NCBI GenBank assembly: GCA_964540065.1
Contig: CAZIKY010000004.1
Location: forward strand, 16,306 to 80,305
Reading direction: 5' to 3'
DNA length: 64,000 bases
Source of the DNA: Candidatus Woesearchaeota archaeon
GTDB taxonomy: Archaea > Nanobdellota > Nanobdellia > Pacearchaeales > JAHJTO01
The position numbers and the translations under genes are program-made. The notes under the pieces are model-generated. The model was not told the origin of the DNA. It was given only the letters and a program-made list of their open reading frames with translations, and did not search any database. Shown piece after piece: positions 19,088-29,411 of the stretch. Position 1 is the first letter of the stretch, and each line of letters begins with the position of its first letter.

Positions 19088-19160
19088 TGCACCTGCCGGG
19101 ATTCGAACCCGGATACCGGCCTTGGCAAGGCCGAGTCATAAACCATTAGACCACAGGTGC
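19088..19160 (-). tRNA. tRNA-Gly (anticodon GCC)
   Basis: Reverse complement is GCACCTGTGGTCTAATGGTTTATGACTCGGCCTTGCCAAGGCCGGTATCCGGGTTCGAATCCCGGCAGGTGCA. It has a 7-bp acceptor stem, a GGTTCGAATCC T-arm and anticodon loop TTGCCAA. No encoded CCA. Confidence 0.85.
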
Positions 19161-19208
19161 TTGACAGAAATGATTAAAGAATCATATTTAAAAAGTTATG
19201 CAGAAGAA

Positions 19209-19865
19209 TTAATCCCTTCTTTGGCCGTATATTCTTCGGCCTGCTGCAGAAGCAGAATTAATCTGATAAAGATTAAAATCCTTTACAAAAGCATTGAATC
19301 TTCCTTCAACAAAATTCAGCAAATCCTTTGGAGCCCTTCTGTATATCCTTGAGCCAACCTTTACATGATCTTGTCTTGAAATATCAGTAGTGCTTGCGTG
19401 GAAAGTAAGTGCTTTCTCCGGTCTTGCTATCTCGCCTTCAGCAAAATAGAATATATCCACTCTGTTTATGGTCCTTCTTTCAGCAAAACCTGGAAGGAAC
19501 TCCCTAAATGCAGCATATTCTCCTCTTCTGACTTCTACATCAAATACTGGAGGAACATTTCTTTCCATACCGAAATATTTGATTGCAGTGCTAAAATCTA
19601 CTGTAGGTGTTGCACCTTCATCAAAGCGTATGGAGCTCTTTTTTCCGCGGGCAGCTCTTTTATATTCAAAGTCAAGCTCTGGGTGGACTGCTCTGAAATA
19701 AGCGCTCATTTCCCTCTGCGGGAGAATATTAGAATCCATTCTTTCTACTGCGCCAATAACAGACAATCCTGGAACAAAAGCAACAAGATCTTCTATCTTG
19801 GCTACACCGTGCTTTTCTTTGTAAGCCCCGGTAGATTCTCTTTCTTCAAATGCTAATGGTAACAT
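19209..19865 (-). CDS. hypothetical protein
   Basis: 218-aa ORF immediately downstream of tRNA-Gly; no recognised motif. Confidence 0.45.
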   Translation of the reverse strand: MLPLAFEERESTGAYKEKHGVAKIEDLVAFVPGLSVIGAVERMDSNILPQREMSAYFRAVHPELDFEYKRAARGKKSSIRFDEGATPTVDFSTAIKYFGMERNVPPVFDVEVRRGEYAAFREFLPGFAERRTINRVDIFYFAEGEIARPEKALTFHASTTDISRQDHVKVGSRIYRRAPKDLLNFVEGRFNAFVKDFNLYQINSASAAGRRIYGQRRD

Positions 19866-19954
19866 CTTTCCTCTTTCTACTTACACTCTTTTAATTTTGT
19901 GCGTAACTTGATAATTTTAGGGGTATTTAAAGGTTTGCACAAATTAATTTCAGT

Positions 19955-20215
19955 TCAGCGATGGGAGCAACCCGGCCAACAGCAAGGCCTTCGCTTTCCT
20001 TCAAGAAGTTCAGCGCATGCTCGCCTAATATGTTCTTTTCTTGTTTCGGGCTTTTTGAAAGAAGTAATCCAACAGATCCACTCGTTGCGCGCCAGAGGAG
20101 TAATGTTTTCCCAGGCTTTTAGTGCGGCAGGTTTAGAAGTAAGGGCTTTCTGTAAATCTGCAGGCATCTCATGTACAACTCCTGCAGAAATTTCTTTTTT
20201 TATTTTAGAAGTCAT
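19955..20215 (-). CDS. YdeI/OmpD-associated family protein
   Basis: 86 aa. WICWITSFKKPETRKEHIRRACAELLEGKRRPC matches the family's conserved core. Confidence 0.55.
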   Translation of the reverse strand: MTSKIKKEISAGVVHEMPADLQKALTSKPAALKAWENITPLARNEWICWITSFKKPETRKEHIRRACAELLEGKRRPCCWPGCSHR

Positions 20216-20245
20216 AACACTCCAATTAACCAGAAGTTTATAAAA

Positions 20246-20971
20246 TCAATCTTCCCCATACAAACTCATTCCATGAAATTTGAGCGCATCATGGATGGTA
20301 ATTCTTCCAGGAGTATATCCGCCGCCATTAGTATTCGTATGTGCGAGGCCGCTTCCCAAAATGCAGTCATCAATCTCGATGGAACCCTCTTTGAACTTTT
20401 CTAAAAGTTTCTGGACTTTTGCGTCTTTTGGGTGGATTTTTGCATTTACTAAAAATCCGTCCTCCAGATGGCTAAGATCTACATAAGAAGTAACATCTAA
20501 GGCTTTTGGATGATAAATCATTTCAGCTTTGATAACTGTATAACCTAATCCGAGTAAATCTTCTCTTTTTCCTCTTCTTAATGCTCTGAATTCTTCTTTG
20601 TTGAAAACTCCCTTAATTATGTTTTCCCTTCTATCTTTGAGTTCATTTAGTGAACCGATTAATCCTTCTTCTAATGGGTCTTCTGCAAGAGAACTTGCCA
20701 CCCATAGGACCCCGCTTGAATTGTATATGTGGGCTTTCATCTTGCCGAAATAAATTATGCTACTGTTTGGGCAAGGAGTGATATCTTTGAAGACATTGAC
20801 TAGCCTGTCATGCCTTCGCCTAAAACTGTAGGTTTTAAATTCGGCCTCTTCTTTTTCTTTTTTAAGCGGAGTTTCCAATTTAGGGTTAGCGTGAACTCCA
20901 TCGAGTTTCCCTTCTAAATTTGCTTTCTGTTGTGGTTCTTCAGCTACCATTATATTCGATTGATTTAACAT
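20246..20971 (-). CDS. hypothetical protein
   Basis: 241-aa ORF with conserved-looking C-terminus (LAHTNTNGGGYTPGRITIHDALKF); family not recognised. Confidence 0.45.
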   Translation of the reverse strand: MLNQSNIMVAEEPQQKANLEGKLDGVHANPKLETPLKKEKEEAEFKTYSFRRRHDRLVNVFKDITPCPNSSIIYFGKMKAHIYNSSGVLWVASSLAEDPLEEGLIGSLNELKDRRENIIKGVFNKEEFRALRRGKREDLLGLGYTVIKAEMIYHPKALDVTSYVDLSHLEDGFLVNAKIHPKDAKVQKLLEKFKEGSIEIDDCILGSGLAHTNTNGGGYTPGRITIHDALKFHGMSLYGED

Positions 20972-21059
20972 TTATCACCTTTTCAGTAAAAGTTCCTAAA
21001 AAACAGGCTATTTAAAACTTATTAAAATTAGAATTTAAAATTTAAATTAAAACTTAAAT

Positions 21060-22694
21060 TTAGTATTCAGGCATCCCGCCCATTCCGGGCATTCCCATTC
21101 CGCCTGCCGGTGCTGACGGGCTTTTTCCTGCCGCAACTACGTCATCTATCCTAAGAAGCATCATTGCAACTTCGCTTGCGCTTTTGATCGCCTGGGTTTT
21201 GATCTTTAAAGGTTCAACAACTCCGATTCTGAAGGTGTTTTCTATCTTTCCGTTGAAAAGGTTAAGGCCTGTTTCTCTTTCGCCATGGTCATGCCTTGCC
21301 TTGAGGGCCGTAAGCGTGTCTATCGGATCCATTCCGGCATTTTCTGCCAAGATCCTTGGGATGCTTTCAACTGCATCCGCGAACTGTTCTACTGCAAGCT
21401 GCTCTCTTCCCTGCGTGACAACTTCTTTTCTTAGTCTTCTTGCAAGCTCGATTTCAATTGCTCCGCCGCCCGCAACGACTTTTCCGTCTTGAAGTGTTGC
21501 TACAACATCTCCAAGGCTGTCTTTTATCGCGCGCTCGAATTCATCGATAACATGCTCTGTTCCGCCTCGGATTAGGATTGTCAATGCTTTTGGGTTCTTG
21601 CATTCTCTCACATAAGTCATTCCGGAATCTCCTTTTCTCACTTCTTCAACAGTCTTTGCATATCCCAAATCTTTGCTCTGGAGTTCCTGGATATTGCTTA
21701 CTATTCTTGCGCCGACTGCCTTTGCGAGCTTTTCCACATCGCTCTTGCTCACTCTTCTGAGCGCGTAGATTCTTTCTTTAGCTAAGTAATATTGCGCAAG
21801 ATCATCTATTCCTTTTTGGCAGATGAGGACATTTGCCCCGCTCTGCTTTATCTTGTTAACCATGTTCTTGAGAGTCCTTTCTTCCTGGTTTAAGAAAGCC
21901 TGGAACTGCTCTGGAGAGCTTATGCTTATCTTTGTGTCTGTCTCGGGAGACTTAATCTCCAAGGCAGCATCAACTATTGCGATTTTAGCATCTTTTACAA
22001 CCCAAGGCATGTCTGCGTGAACTCTTTCTTTGTCAAGAACGATTCCTGCAATGAGTTCCGTGTCTTCAACTCCTCCGCCTTTCTGTTTCTCTATCTTTAT
22101 ATCCCCCATATCTATTGAGACTTTTCCGTTATTGTCCTGCCTCATTATCTGCTTTACGGCCTTTAAGACAATGTTTGCAAATGAATCCTTTGCGGTTTCT
22201 GCAGACTTTCCAGTCATAGCAGTCATTGCAACATTTTTCAGGACCTGCTCATCTTTTATTGACACCGGCCTTGCGAGGCTATTTAGAATGCCTAAAGATC
22301 TTTCTGCAGCCAGCCTATAACCTCTTACAATTGCTGTAGGGTGTATTTTCTGATCCAGAAGCTTTTCTGCATTTTCTAAGAGCTTCCCTGCAAAGATGAC
22401 TGAAGTTGTTGTGCCATCTCCGACTTCGTCTTCCTGCGTCTTTGCGACTTCAACGAGCATCTTTGCTGCAGGGTGCTCTATTTCCATTTCCGATAGAATT
22501 GTTACGCCATCGTTTGTTATAGTTATGTCACCTATGCTATTCACCAGCATCTTGTCCATCCCTTTAGGCCCGAGAGTAGTTTTTACTGTGTCTGCCACCA
22601 TTCTAGCGGCTAGAATGTTATTTCTCTGTGCATCTCTTCCAATCATTCTTTGAATATTTTCAGGTAAAATGTAAATCGGTTGTTTTTCAGCCAT
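21060..22694 (-). CDS. thermosome subunit (group II chaperonin, Cpn60/TCP-1 family)
   Basis: 544 aa. N-terminus ([47 protein letters not shown]), the GDGTTT ATP-binding motif and the [12 protein letters not shown]-terminal tail are all present. Confidence 0.95.
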   Translation of the reverse strand: MAEKQPIYILPENIQRMIGRDAQRNNILAARMVADTVKTTLGPKGMDKMLVNSIGDITITNDGVTILSEMEIEHPAAKMLVEVAKTQEDEVGDGTTTSVIFAGKLLENAEKLLDQKIHPTAIVRGYRLAAERSLGILNSLARPVSIKDEQVLKNVAMTAMTGKSAETAKDSFANIVLKAVKQIMRQDNNGKVSIDMGDIKIEKQKGGGVEDTELIAGIVLDKERVHADMPWVVKDAKIAIVDAALEIKSPETDTKISISSPEQFQAFLNQEERTLKNMVNKIKQSGANVLICQKGIDDLAQYYLAKERIYALRRVSKSDVEKLAKAVGARIVSNIQELQSKDLGYAKTVEEVRKGDSGMTYVRECKNPKALTILIRGGTEHVIDEFERAIKDSLGDVVATLQDGKVVAGGGAIEIELARRLRKEVVTQGREQLAVEQFADAVESIPRILAENAGMDPIDTLTALKARHDHGERETGLNLFNGKIENTFRIGVVEPLKIKTQAIKSASEVAMMLLRIDDVVAAGKSPSAPAGGMGMPGMGGMPEY

Positions 22695-22712
22695 AGTCTT
22701 ATTCGTTTAGGG

Positions 22713-22724
22713 CTCTTTAAAAGT
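22713..22724 (-). promoter_or_regulatory. putative TATA-box-like element upstream of the thermosome gene
   Basis: Reverse complement CTTTTAAAGAG lies about 20 nt upstream of the thermosome ATG (leaderless-type spacing), preceded by an A-rich BRE-like stretch. Sequence resemblance only. Confidence 0.2.
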
Positions 22725-22832
22725 TTTATTGTAGTCATAAAATACTTATTCTTAGAATACTTTTTCTTTAATCTCCCATAAATTTCCCGGTAGTAACACA
22801 ATAAATAAAAAGGATTCTTGCTTACAAAAATC

Positions 22833-23417
22833 ATGAAAGTCGGAATCAAAGCCGGTGATGTGATGACAAGGACTTTTGTTTCGGTTTCTCCTGAGACTAG
22901 CGCGGCGCAATGCGCCAAAGAAATGATCCAGAAAAAAGTCGGATCCCTCATTGTCAAAGAAAACCAAAATCTTGTGGGGATTTTGACTGAAGGAGACATT
23001 ATCAGATCAATTGCTAAAAAGAAAGACCTTTCTAAAATAAAGGCTAAAGAGGTAATGACAAGAAAAGTTGTTACGATCAGCCCTAATGAGGACATATATC
23101 AGGCTCTTACAAAGATGAAGGGCAAGAAGATAAGGTGGCTGCCTGTTACTGTGCAGGGGAGAGTCATCGGAATGATTACGGTTAAGGATATCGTTGTCAT
23201 AGAGCCGGAGCTTTATGACATCGTTGCTGAGTTTACACCCATCAAAGAGGAGGAAAAGAAACTTAGGATGATAGAGATGAGAAAGAAGAAGAAAGCTCTT
23301 GAGATGGGAGAGGTCTGGGCCAAAGAAGGAGAGTGCCAGGAATGCGGGGCTTATGGGGTTTTATATAAGTTTGACGGGAGGCTTATCTGTGAAGACTGTA
23401 AAGATCTGCTTGAATAA
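22833..23417 (+). CDS. CBS-domain pair protein with C-terminal CxxC...CxxC zinc ribbon
   Basis: Two CBS motifs (VMTRTFVSVSPETS..., VMTRKVVTISPNED...) and a C-terminal EGECQECG...CEDC. Start taken at the ATG (MKVGIKAGDVMT) matching the paralog at 28773. The ORF track begins at an upstream TTG (22818). Confidence 0.8.
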   Translation: MKVGIKAGDVMTRTFVSVSPETSAAQCAKEMIQKKVGSLIVKENQNLVGILTEGDIIRSIAKKKDLSKIKAKEVMTRKVVTISPNEDIYQALTKMKGKKIRWLPVTVQGRVIGMITVKDIVVIEPELYDIVAEFTPIKEEEKKLRMIEMRKKKKALEMGEVWAKEGECQECGAYGVLYKFDGRLICEDCKDLLE

Positions 23418-23432
23418 TTTTCTGCTTAATAA

Positions 23433-24527
23433 TCAATAAAACCTTTTTCTTAGAATCTCTTCCTGCTCCTTTGCTGTTGCTAAAATATTTTTTATTTTTT
23501 TAACCTTCTTAGGGTTTCTTTTAGCTATGCCTGCTGCAACCCTGATATTTCCATATACTGCGCCCACATAAAATCCGCTTTCAATATCTAATTCTCGGGG
23601 TTTGTTCTCTATGGGGCTTTTCTTGCCGTACCAAAAATCGCCCAATCTTTCTCTAATGAAATATTCTCTTTTCTCTCTTAGTTCCTTGCCTAAAGAATCA
23701 AAAACTGTTTGAAATCCGGCTGTGCAACCCAATACTAAATTTAAAGAGGTATAATCTGTCGTTCCGAAGTCAAGCATAGAGGTTAAAGTAATATTACTCG
23801 GATAAACATCTGAGGGCATTATAACTGAATGATCTTTATTTGCAAGGAAAAAGTGGGCTAAAAGTGGAAAATTTTTTCTAAAACCCTCGAATTTTTCAAC
23901 GGGATAACCTCTTTTTCCAAGTATTTCAAAATAATTTTCTAAGCTTTCATGGTAATCCTTGCAGAGTTTTCGATTAAGCGTTACTTTTCCTCCAGAAGCC
24001 TCCAATAATCCTCTTTGGATATCTTCTTTCTTTTTGTTTGTTTCTAAAATTATTTCGGATAGCAGTTCAAGCGGGTGATTCAAGAGAATATAATGAGGGT
24101 ATTCCCCCAGAATACTTCTCATATTGACGCAATCTTCCAGTGTCGGAACATTTATTACCTTCATCAAAATTGCCTTTTCTTTGTCGAAGTTTTTTTCTTT
24201 AAAGGTAAGAATTTCCGGAACTGCTGGCTTTCCATCATGCATACAATTTTTTAAATTTTCCAGAAGAACCTTTTCTTTCACAAATTCTTCTAGAGAATTT
24301 GGCTTGCTGCTCAGGTCAATAGAATCATTGTAAACCTTTAGGATATAGAGGCGATCCTTAAGCATTTTTTCTTCATGAATGACCTCAACTCTTTGCCTGC
24401 AGAATACTTCTTTTACAGTAGACTTAACTCCTTCGTTTATGTATCGGGGCTTAAAAAGTTCTACCTCCTCTGGATTTAGCCTAAGGAAACCAGATACTAA
24501 TTTTTTGTAGAAAGATTCGCTTTTCAT
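23433..24527 (-). CDS. uncharacterized protein, member 1 of a three-paralog family (possible kinase-like fold)
   Basis: 364 aa. Shares the C-terminal motif FYVGAVYGNIRV and an internal LGCTAGF region with the ORFs at 25067 and 26356. No known family recognised. Confidence 0.5.
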   Translation of the reverse strand: MKSESFYKKLVSGFLRLNPEEVELFKPRYINEGVKSTVKEVFCRQRVEVIHEEKMLKDRLYILKVYNDSIDLSSKPNSLEEFVKEKVLLENLKNCMHDGKPAVPEILTFKEKNFDKEKAILMKVINVPTLEDCVNMRSILGEYPHYILLNHPLELLSEIILETNKKKEDIQRGLLEASGGKVTLNRKLCKDYHESLENYFEILGKRGYPVEKFEGFRKNFPLLAHFFLANKDHSVIMPSDVYPSNITLTSMLDFGTTDYTSLNLVLGCTAGFQTVFDSLGKELREKREYFIRERLGDFWYGKKSPIENKPRELDIESGFYVGAVYGNIRVAAGIAKRNPKKVKKIKNILATAKEQEEILRKRFY

Positions 24528-24536
24528 TTTGTCAAA

Positions 24537-25061
24537 TCAAGGCGCAAATTGGCTTGCCATTTTAAGAAGCTGATGTGCCTTTTTTATCGCCCTTTTTCTT
24601 TGCCGCCTTGAAGGCTCTTTTTGGTGCCCAAAGTAATCTTCAAGCATCTTTTTTTCATGACCATAGTTTCTTCCCCTAACTGCTCTCGAGGTAAGTTTGA
24701 TGGTGCATCCATTTGCTATCTGGTCTTTATCCAATCCAAGAGACTTCCCTATGCCATAAATGGGTTCGAGGAGTCGGTCGTCGTATCTTAAAGCATTTGT
24801 GATTAAATCTGCCAGCTCTCCCAGATAGCTTGCCAGGCCATTTCTGTGCCTTAGTTCAAATATGATTTCGCTTATTTCACCTTGCGGCTTGTCATTATAT
24901 CCATTAAATAAGCGCTTGTAAACATCTTCTCTTGTTCTTCCAAGATTTGGATCTCCCCTCTGCCTTTCATTAATCGCCCTGGCTAAATCGTGTCTTATAT
25001 ACTCCAGTTTGTCCCTAAGAGACATTTTAAGCACTTCATCTAGGGGTTTAAGCTCCGACAT
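24537..25061 (-). CDS. hypothetical protein (174 aa, basic C-terminus)
   Basis: ORF with 5- and 9-nt gaps to the flanking paralog genes, consistent with co-transcription; no recognised motif. Confidence 0.45.
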   Translation of the reverse strand: MSELKPLDEVLKMSLRDKLEYIRHDLARAINERQRGDPNLGRTREDVYKRLFNGYNDKPQGEISEIIFELRHRNGLASYLGELADLITNALRYDDRLLEPIYGIGKSLGLDKDQIANGCTIKLTSRAVRGRNYGHEKKMLEDYFGHQKEPSRRQRKRAIKKAHQLLKMASQFAP

Positions 25062-25066
25062 TTTTA

Positions 25067-26317
25067 TTAGGCTCCGAATAATTTTTCGATCCAGCTTTTC
25101 TGATGATAAATATCCCAGGTCTTTTTGCCCGAAATTATCTTGAGGGGCTCTTCTGCCTCATAATCTTTTTTGGAGAGGATTTCAAGCTGCTTGCTCACAG
25201 CCTTGATTACCCTCTCTGGCTCATCCTTGCCTAATTTATCTCCATATCTTGCGAGCAGATTGAAATTTGCACAGACTGCTCCGATGTAAAAGCTTTTTTC
25301 AAGGGCCTCGTAATCTATTTCTTTGAGGCCCATGTTAAACTGTGCTTCAAGGGTGTTTCTTCTAGTAGGATAAACTCTTGTTAAAGCCATCTCGATTTCC
25401 TTTTCAGGCTCGGCAAACTTGAGGAAAATGTCATAGAATCCGAAAAGATGCCCGAATGTAATCCCTCTTGATCCGATTGCGATGCCTTTATTGTCTAAGA
25501 TGTAAGATGCATTGTTATGCCAAGGCCATGCCTCCGCATGAATTACTGTTTGGGATTCTTTTTCTGCAAGATATTTTTTAGCCAAAGAATTCATTGCACC
25601 GATAAATGACTGCATTTCATTATCCGATAATCTTGAATTTTTGATGATATCCATCAGAGACTTAGTATAATCGCTTTTATACTGGCCTTTTCCCAGATCA
25701 TCATGCCTAAGTTCTTTAAGGCCGCCAAATTCTTTCCCCCATTGTGCAGCAATTTTCTCGAATCCATTGGTAAACTGCGGCACCCTGTCAAACAAAAGGG
25801 TGTAAAGATCTATTGTGGAATTTAATGTCTCGAAGCTTGGCTTTGGGATTTCGCTTATTCTTTCATCGAGAGGAGGCTTTGTGCTAAAGTAAGTAAGTGA
25901 AATTCCTTTCTCGGTTAGATTCTTATGATCGTGAGTTATGGGATATGAGAACAAGGGAATAGTCCTTCTTTGTTCTGGCATCTCGCTTGCGGTGTGCCAA
26001 TGATCTTTTATGTTCTTGCAGTCTGCCTCATGGCTTTTGTAGAGCACCAGATCCAAGGCAAGATCTTCAGAAATCTTTCTTGGGGAATTTGCTCTATATC
26101 CTCTCATGAATATCGGTTTTTCATCCCCTTCTCCTGCACGGTACCTGAATTTTATCTGGGTTCTTTCTCCTTCAGTATCCAGACGATATTTTCTTGTCAG
26201 GGGGTTTCCCCAAAGCAGTTCGGCGCTGAGAACATGTTTTCCCTGAGCGTCTGCTACTTCTCTCTCGAATTCTTCCTGGCTCATTCCGCGATCTTCAAAA
26301 ATATGTTTTGCAGGCAT
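25067..26317 (-). CDS. uncharacterized protein, member 2 of the three-paralog family
   Basis: 416 aa with HAEAWPWHNNASYILDNKGIAIGSRGITFGHLFGF and FYIGAVCANFNL motifs shared with 26356 and 23433. Confidence 0.5.
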   Translation of the reverse strand: MPAKHIFEDRGMSQEEFEREVADAQGKHVLSAELLWGNPLTRKYRLDTEGERTQIKFRYRAGEGDEKPIFMRGYRANSPRKISEDLALDLVLYKSHEADCKNIKDHWHTASEMPEQRRTIPLFSYPITHDHKNLTEKGISLTYFSTKPPLDERISEIPKPSFETLNSTIDLYTLLFDRVPQFTNGFEKIAAQWGKEFGGLKELRHDDLGKGQYKSDYTKSLMDIIKNSRLSDNEMQSFIGAMNSLAKKYLAEKESQTVIHAEAWPWHNNASYILDNKGIAIGSRGITFGHLFGFYDIFLKFAEPEKEIEMALTRVYPTRRNTLEAQFNMGLKEIDYEALEKSFYIGAVCANFNLLARYGDKLGKDEPERVIKAVSKQLEILSKKDYEAEEPLKIISGKKTWDIYHQKSWIEKLFGA

Positions 26318-26355
26318 TTTGTTTTGTTTTGAATTAATTTAAAATTGATTTAAAT

Positions 26356-27555
26356 TTAAATCGGCCAACCGAGCTCCCTGAATCCGCTTAGGAATTCTTT
26401 TGCAGAATTCTCTTTTTCAGAGAGTATTTCTAGGAGCTCTACAGAAGCTCTTCTGAGCCTTCGGACTTCTTCCCATTCCCCTTTGTTTTCAAATGGAGTT
26501 CCGTAGGTGAGTCTGAGATTTCCGTATATTGCTCCCACATAAACTGCATTCTCCATCCTTTCTTTGTCTATGTCCATTCTTAGAGCATAATGATGAGATA
26601 TCTTCTTGATGCTCTCAATTGTATTATATCTCTTATCGAATAGCTCTTCGAGGGACATTCCTTGGGTTTGAGGCATGTTTGCGGCATGAAGGAAAAGCTT
26701 GTTGAAAATGCTTTCATGGAACAGGCAACCAACTTGCATTCCTGGAGAACCAATCTTTAGATCGCCTGCATCAATAAGATAATCTCCTAAATGGTTCCAG
26801 GGATAGCCATCGTGCTGGATCAGGCGCATCAGATCTTCTGCGACAAGGTATTTCTCCGCAAGGTCCGCAAAGCTAGATTCTAGTTTTTCAGAAAGACGAT
26901 GGCTCATTCTTCTTTTGTGCCCTGCATAAATGAGCATGTTTGAAACATACCTCTGCAAATCCAACTGGTCTAATTTACCGTCTCCTTCATCAAATTTATC
27001 CCTTAGTTCTGCCAGCTTCCCATTTATAGATCTAACTTCTTTTGAATCTGGTTTGAATTTATTGAGGAAATAATCCTGATCTACTGCACGGATGAGGTCA
27101 TTGGGAGTAACAACTCTTCTCCCATCATATGTTTGATGAAGTGTTTCCTTTTGCGGCCTTTCGTTTACTAATATATAATGGCCTCCCTTTTTTACAAAGC
27201 CGACACATTGCGGAAATATTTTGCCGAGAACTTTTGGGGCGACAATTTCGTTCTGGGCATCGCTCGCATCATCCTCATGAATTATCTTTACGGCATACCC
27301 TATTATCCCTCCAGGGCCCTCGTAAGGGGTTTCAAAGCTGTAGGGTTTGACAAGCGAACGGGTTCCGCCCCTCCATCTGAACATGCTGTCATATATCTTT
27401 TCTACACCTTTGCTTTCTGAAGGATCTCTCTTTGAATCAAAGCCCTTTTCCCTTACGTCTTCTAGAATAATTCCTTTTATGTCTTTGCCATACTTCTCGA
27501 ACAAAGACCAGTCTAATTTTTTTACAGGTTTTAATTTAGGTTGTTTCTTTGCCAT
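26356..27555 (-). CDS. uncharacterized protein, member 3 of the three-paralog family
   Basis: 399 aa with HDGYPWNHLGDYLIDAGDLKIGSPGMQVGCLFHE and VYVGAIYGNLRL. The Dx4N...DxG pattern is loosely reminiscent of a protein-kinase-like catalytic core; this is speculative. Confidence 0.5.
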   Translation of the reverse strand: MAKKQPKLKPVKKLDWSLFEKYGKDIKGIILEDVREKGFDSKRDPSESKGVEKIYDSMFRWRGGTRSLVKPYSFETPYEGPGGIIGYAVKIIHEDDASDAQNEIVAPKVLGKIFPQCVGFVKKGGHYILVNERPQKETLHQTYDGRRVVTPNDLIRAVDQDYFLNKFKPDSKEVRSINGKLAELRDKFDEGDGKLDQLDLQRYVSNMLIYAGHKRRMSHRLSEKLESSFADLAEKYLVAEDLMRLIQHDGYPWNHLGDYLIDAGDLKIGSPGMQVGCLFHESIFNKLFLHAANMPQTQGMSLEELFDKRYNTIESIKKISHHYALRMDIDKERMENAVYVGAIYGNLRLTYGTPFENKGEWEEVRRLRRASVELLEILSEKENSAKEFLSGFRELGWPI

Positions 27556-27590
27556 GCTCTTTCTCCCAATTTGGGCTCTGGCTCAGCTAA

Positions 27591-28607
27591 CTAATATCCT
27601 ATGACCCTAGAGATATTATGTACATAGCCTGTGATGGATTTCAGCTTCTCTACCATGCTTTCAGTACCTCTTACAACCTCTTTTGATTTAGAAAAAAACA
27701 GTTTTTCGTAGAGATCCATCATGTTTTTCTTCTTGATTGCGATTCCTCTGGCAGTTTTAATGTCCCTGTTATAAAATGCGCTCATCATTGAGATGTATTC
27801 TTCATTTATTGCATTCAATGCCGTCATGAGCTCTTTTTGGTTTATTACTCCCCTGGAATGCAGGAGCTTAGACATTCTTTTAAGTTCGTCTCCGATATAT
27901 TCGAAGTGGAGAACTACCCATTGGGCGTCTGCGATGCTTCTTGGATCGAGCTTAAGTTTTTGGAGTGTTCTGGGATCCTCATTGCATTTCCTTACTATCT
28001 TCAGGCTGAGGAAGTAAAATTTGTTGATTGCCTTGTCGGCGTTGTAAATTTCATTCATAGTCCACTCTTTCAACTTCCCTGCAGTGATTCCTTCCCTAAG
28101 ATCGTCGAACATTGACCTGACAATGTTATCAAGCCTTCTGATGATTTTGTCCATGGAGATAGCTTCGAGGTCGAGGATGTCTCTTATCATCGCTTGATTA
28201 GCATCCTGCTCTGAAACTTCAAGCCCGATCTTGTCCTGCACCAGTTTTGAAATAAAATTCTGTTTCTTATTCAGGTCTTTTCCAGTGATTATTATTTCAT
28301 TGTAGTTGTTTATATATGCAGAATTGAACTCTCTTAGGAAAGAAGTGTCATCTTTTTCGTCGATCGTCAAGGAAATCGATTTGGTTTCCTTTGCCTTGTC
28401 TGATTTCGTCGAGAGAACAAGCTCATTATTCGCTGTTTCTTCAAGAAAAATAAGATCGCCTTTCTTAAGCTTGTTCTTATCTATCCAATTTTTCGGCAAT
28501 GCGATTATATAGGAAGAGTTTCCAAACCTTATGAGTTTCCTTTGTTCGGAATCAGACATTTTAAGATATGTTTTTTTACTATTTTCAAGGTATATACCTT
28601 TTGTCAC
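27591..28607 (-). CDS. AbrB/SpoVT-domain plus PhoU-domain regulator (archaeal phosphate-uptake-regulator type)
   Basis: The N-terminal swapped-hairpin domain (RKLIRFGNSSYIIALPKNWIDKNKLKKGDLIFLE) is followed by about 250 aa of helical PhoU-like repeats. First gene of the minus-strand operon. Confidence 0.7.
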   Translation of the reverse strand: MTKGIYLENSKKTYLKMSDSEQRKLIRFGNSSYIIALPKNWIDKNKLKKGDLIFLEETANNELVLSTKSDKAKETKSISLTIDEKDDTSFLREFNSAYINNYNEIIITGKDLNKKQNFISKLVQDKIGLEVSEQDANQAMIRDILDLEAISMDKIIRRLDNIVRSMFDDLREGITAGKLKEWTMNEIYNADKAINKFYFLSLKIVRKCNEDPRTLQKLKLDPRSIADAQWVVLHFEYIGDELKRMSKLLHSRGVINQKELMTALNAINEEYISMMSAFYNRDIKTARGIAIKKKNMMDLYEKLFFSKSKEVVRGTESMVEKLKSITGYVHNISRVIGY

Positions 28608-28772
28608 TAAAACTTTTAGGTATATATCTTATATATTCTATATTGACAACCCATTTATATACCTTTTCCTTTGCCATTCCAGGATAGAGAAAGAAATTGG
28701 GATTACTTGAAAAGGTGATCCAAAAATCCAAAAAAATCCAAGACAAAAAAAGATAAGGAGGCTAAAGGGAAA

Positions 28773-29342
28773 ATGAAAATCGGAATCAAAGTAGGAGATG
28801 TAATGACAAGACAGCTTATCTCGGTCAAGCCGAGCGAGGATGTCATAAACTGCGCTCGTGAGATGGCCGCGAAAGATGTTGGGCTTGTCATAGTTATGAG
28901 GGCTGGAAAGCTCTTGGGAGTTCTTACTGAGAGAGATGTTATATGGGCTTTGACAAAAAAAGGTGACTTGAGAAAAGTAAAAGCGAGTGATATAATGCTA
29001 AGAAAGATTACGACAATAAAGCCTTCAAGGGACATTTATGAGGCCCTTGTAAGGATGAAGAAACAAAACACAAGATGGCTGCCTATAACCGTAAACAAGA
29101 GGGTAATCGGGGTATTGACAATAAACGATATCCTGAGAATAGAGCCTGGCTTGTTTGAAATCGCTGCCGGAAACATGACTATTCGGGAAGCCGAAGAGAA
29201 AATGAGAAGGAAAAGCGATGCTCTCGAGGGGAAAACAAGATGGCTTGACGAAGGTGAATGCGAAAAATGCGAAACCTTTGGATTGCTTCATAACCTTGAC
29301 GGCAGCTTGATTTGCGAAGCCTGCAAAGACGAAGGCGAGTAA
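28773..29342 (+). CDS. CBS-domain pair protein with C-terminal zinc ribbon (paralog of 22833-23417)
   Basis: MKIGIKVGDVMTRQLISVKPSED... with two CBS motifs and EGECEKCE...CEAC. Clearly collinear with the first copy. Confidence 0.8.
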   Translation: MKIGIKVGDVMTRQLISVKPSEDVINCAREMAAKDVGLVIVMRAGKLLGVLTERDVIWALTKKGDLRKVKASDIMLRKITTIKPSRDIYEALVRMKKQNTRWLPITVNKRVIGVLTINDILRIEPGLFEIAAGNMTIREAEEKMRRKSDALEGKTRWLDEGECEKCETFGLLHNLDGSLICEACKDEGE

Positions 29343-29411
29343 ATCGGCGGTTAGAGATTATTGTTTTTATTTTAAAACAAAAAACAAAACAACGGAGGTA
29401 AAAAACAAAAA

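Noticed and set aside
21184-22653. Several 60-100 aa plus-strand ORFs inside the thermosome gene
   Set aside because: They are antisense to a highly conserved chaperonin CDS. Their Ser/Ala/Phe-rich translations are typical of antisense frames of AT-rich genes.
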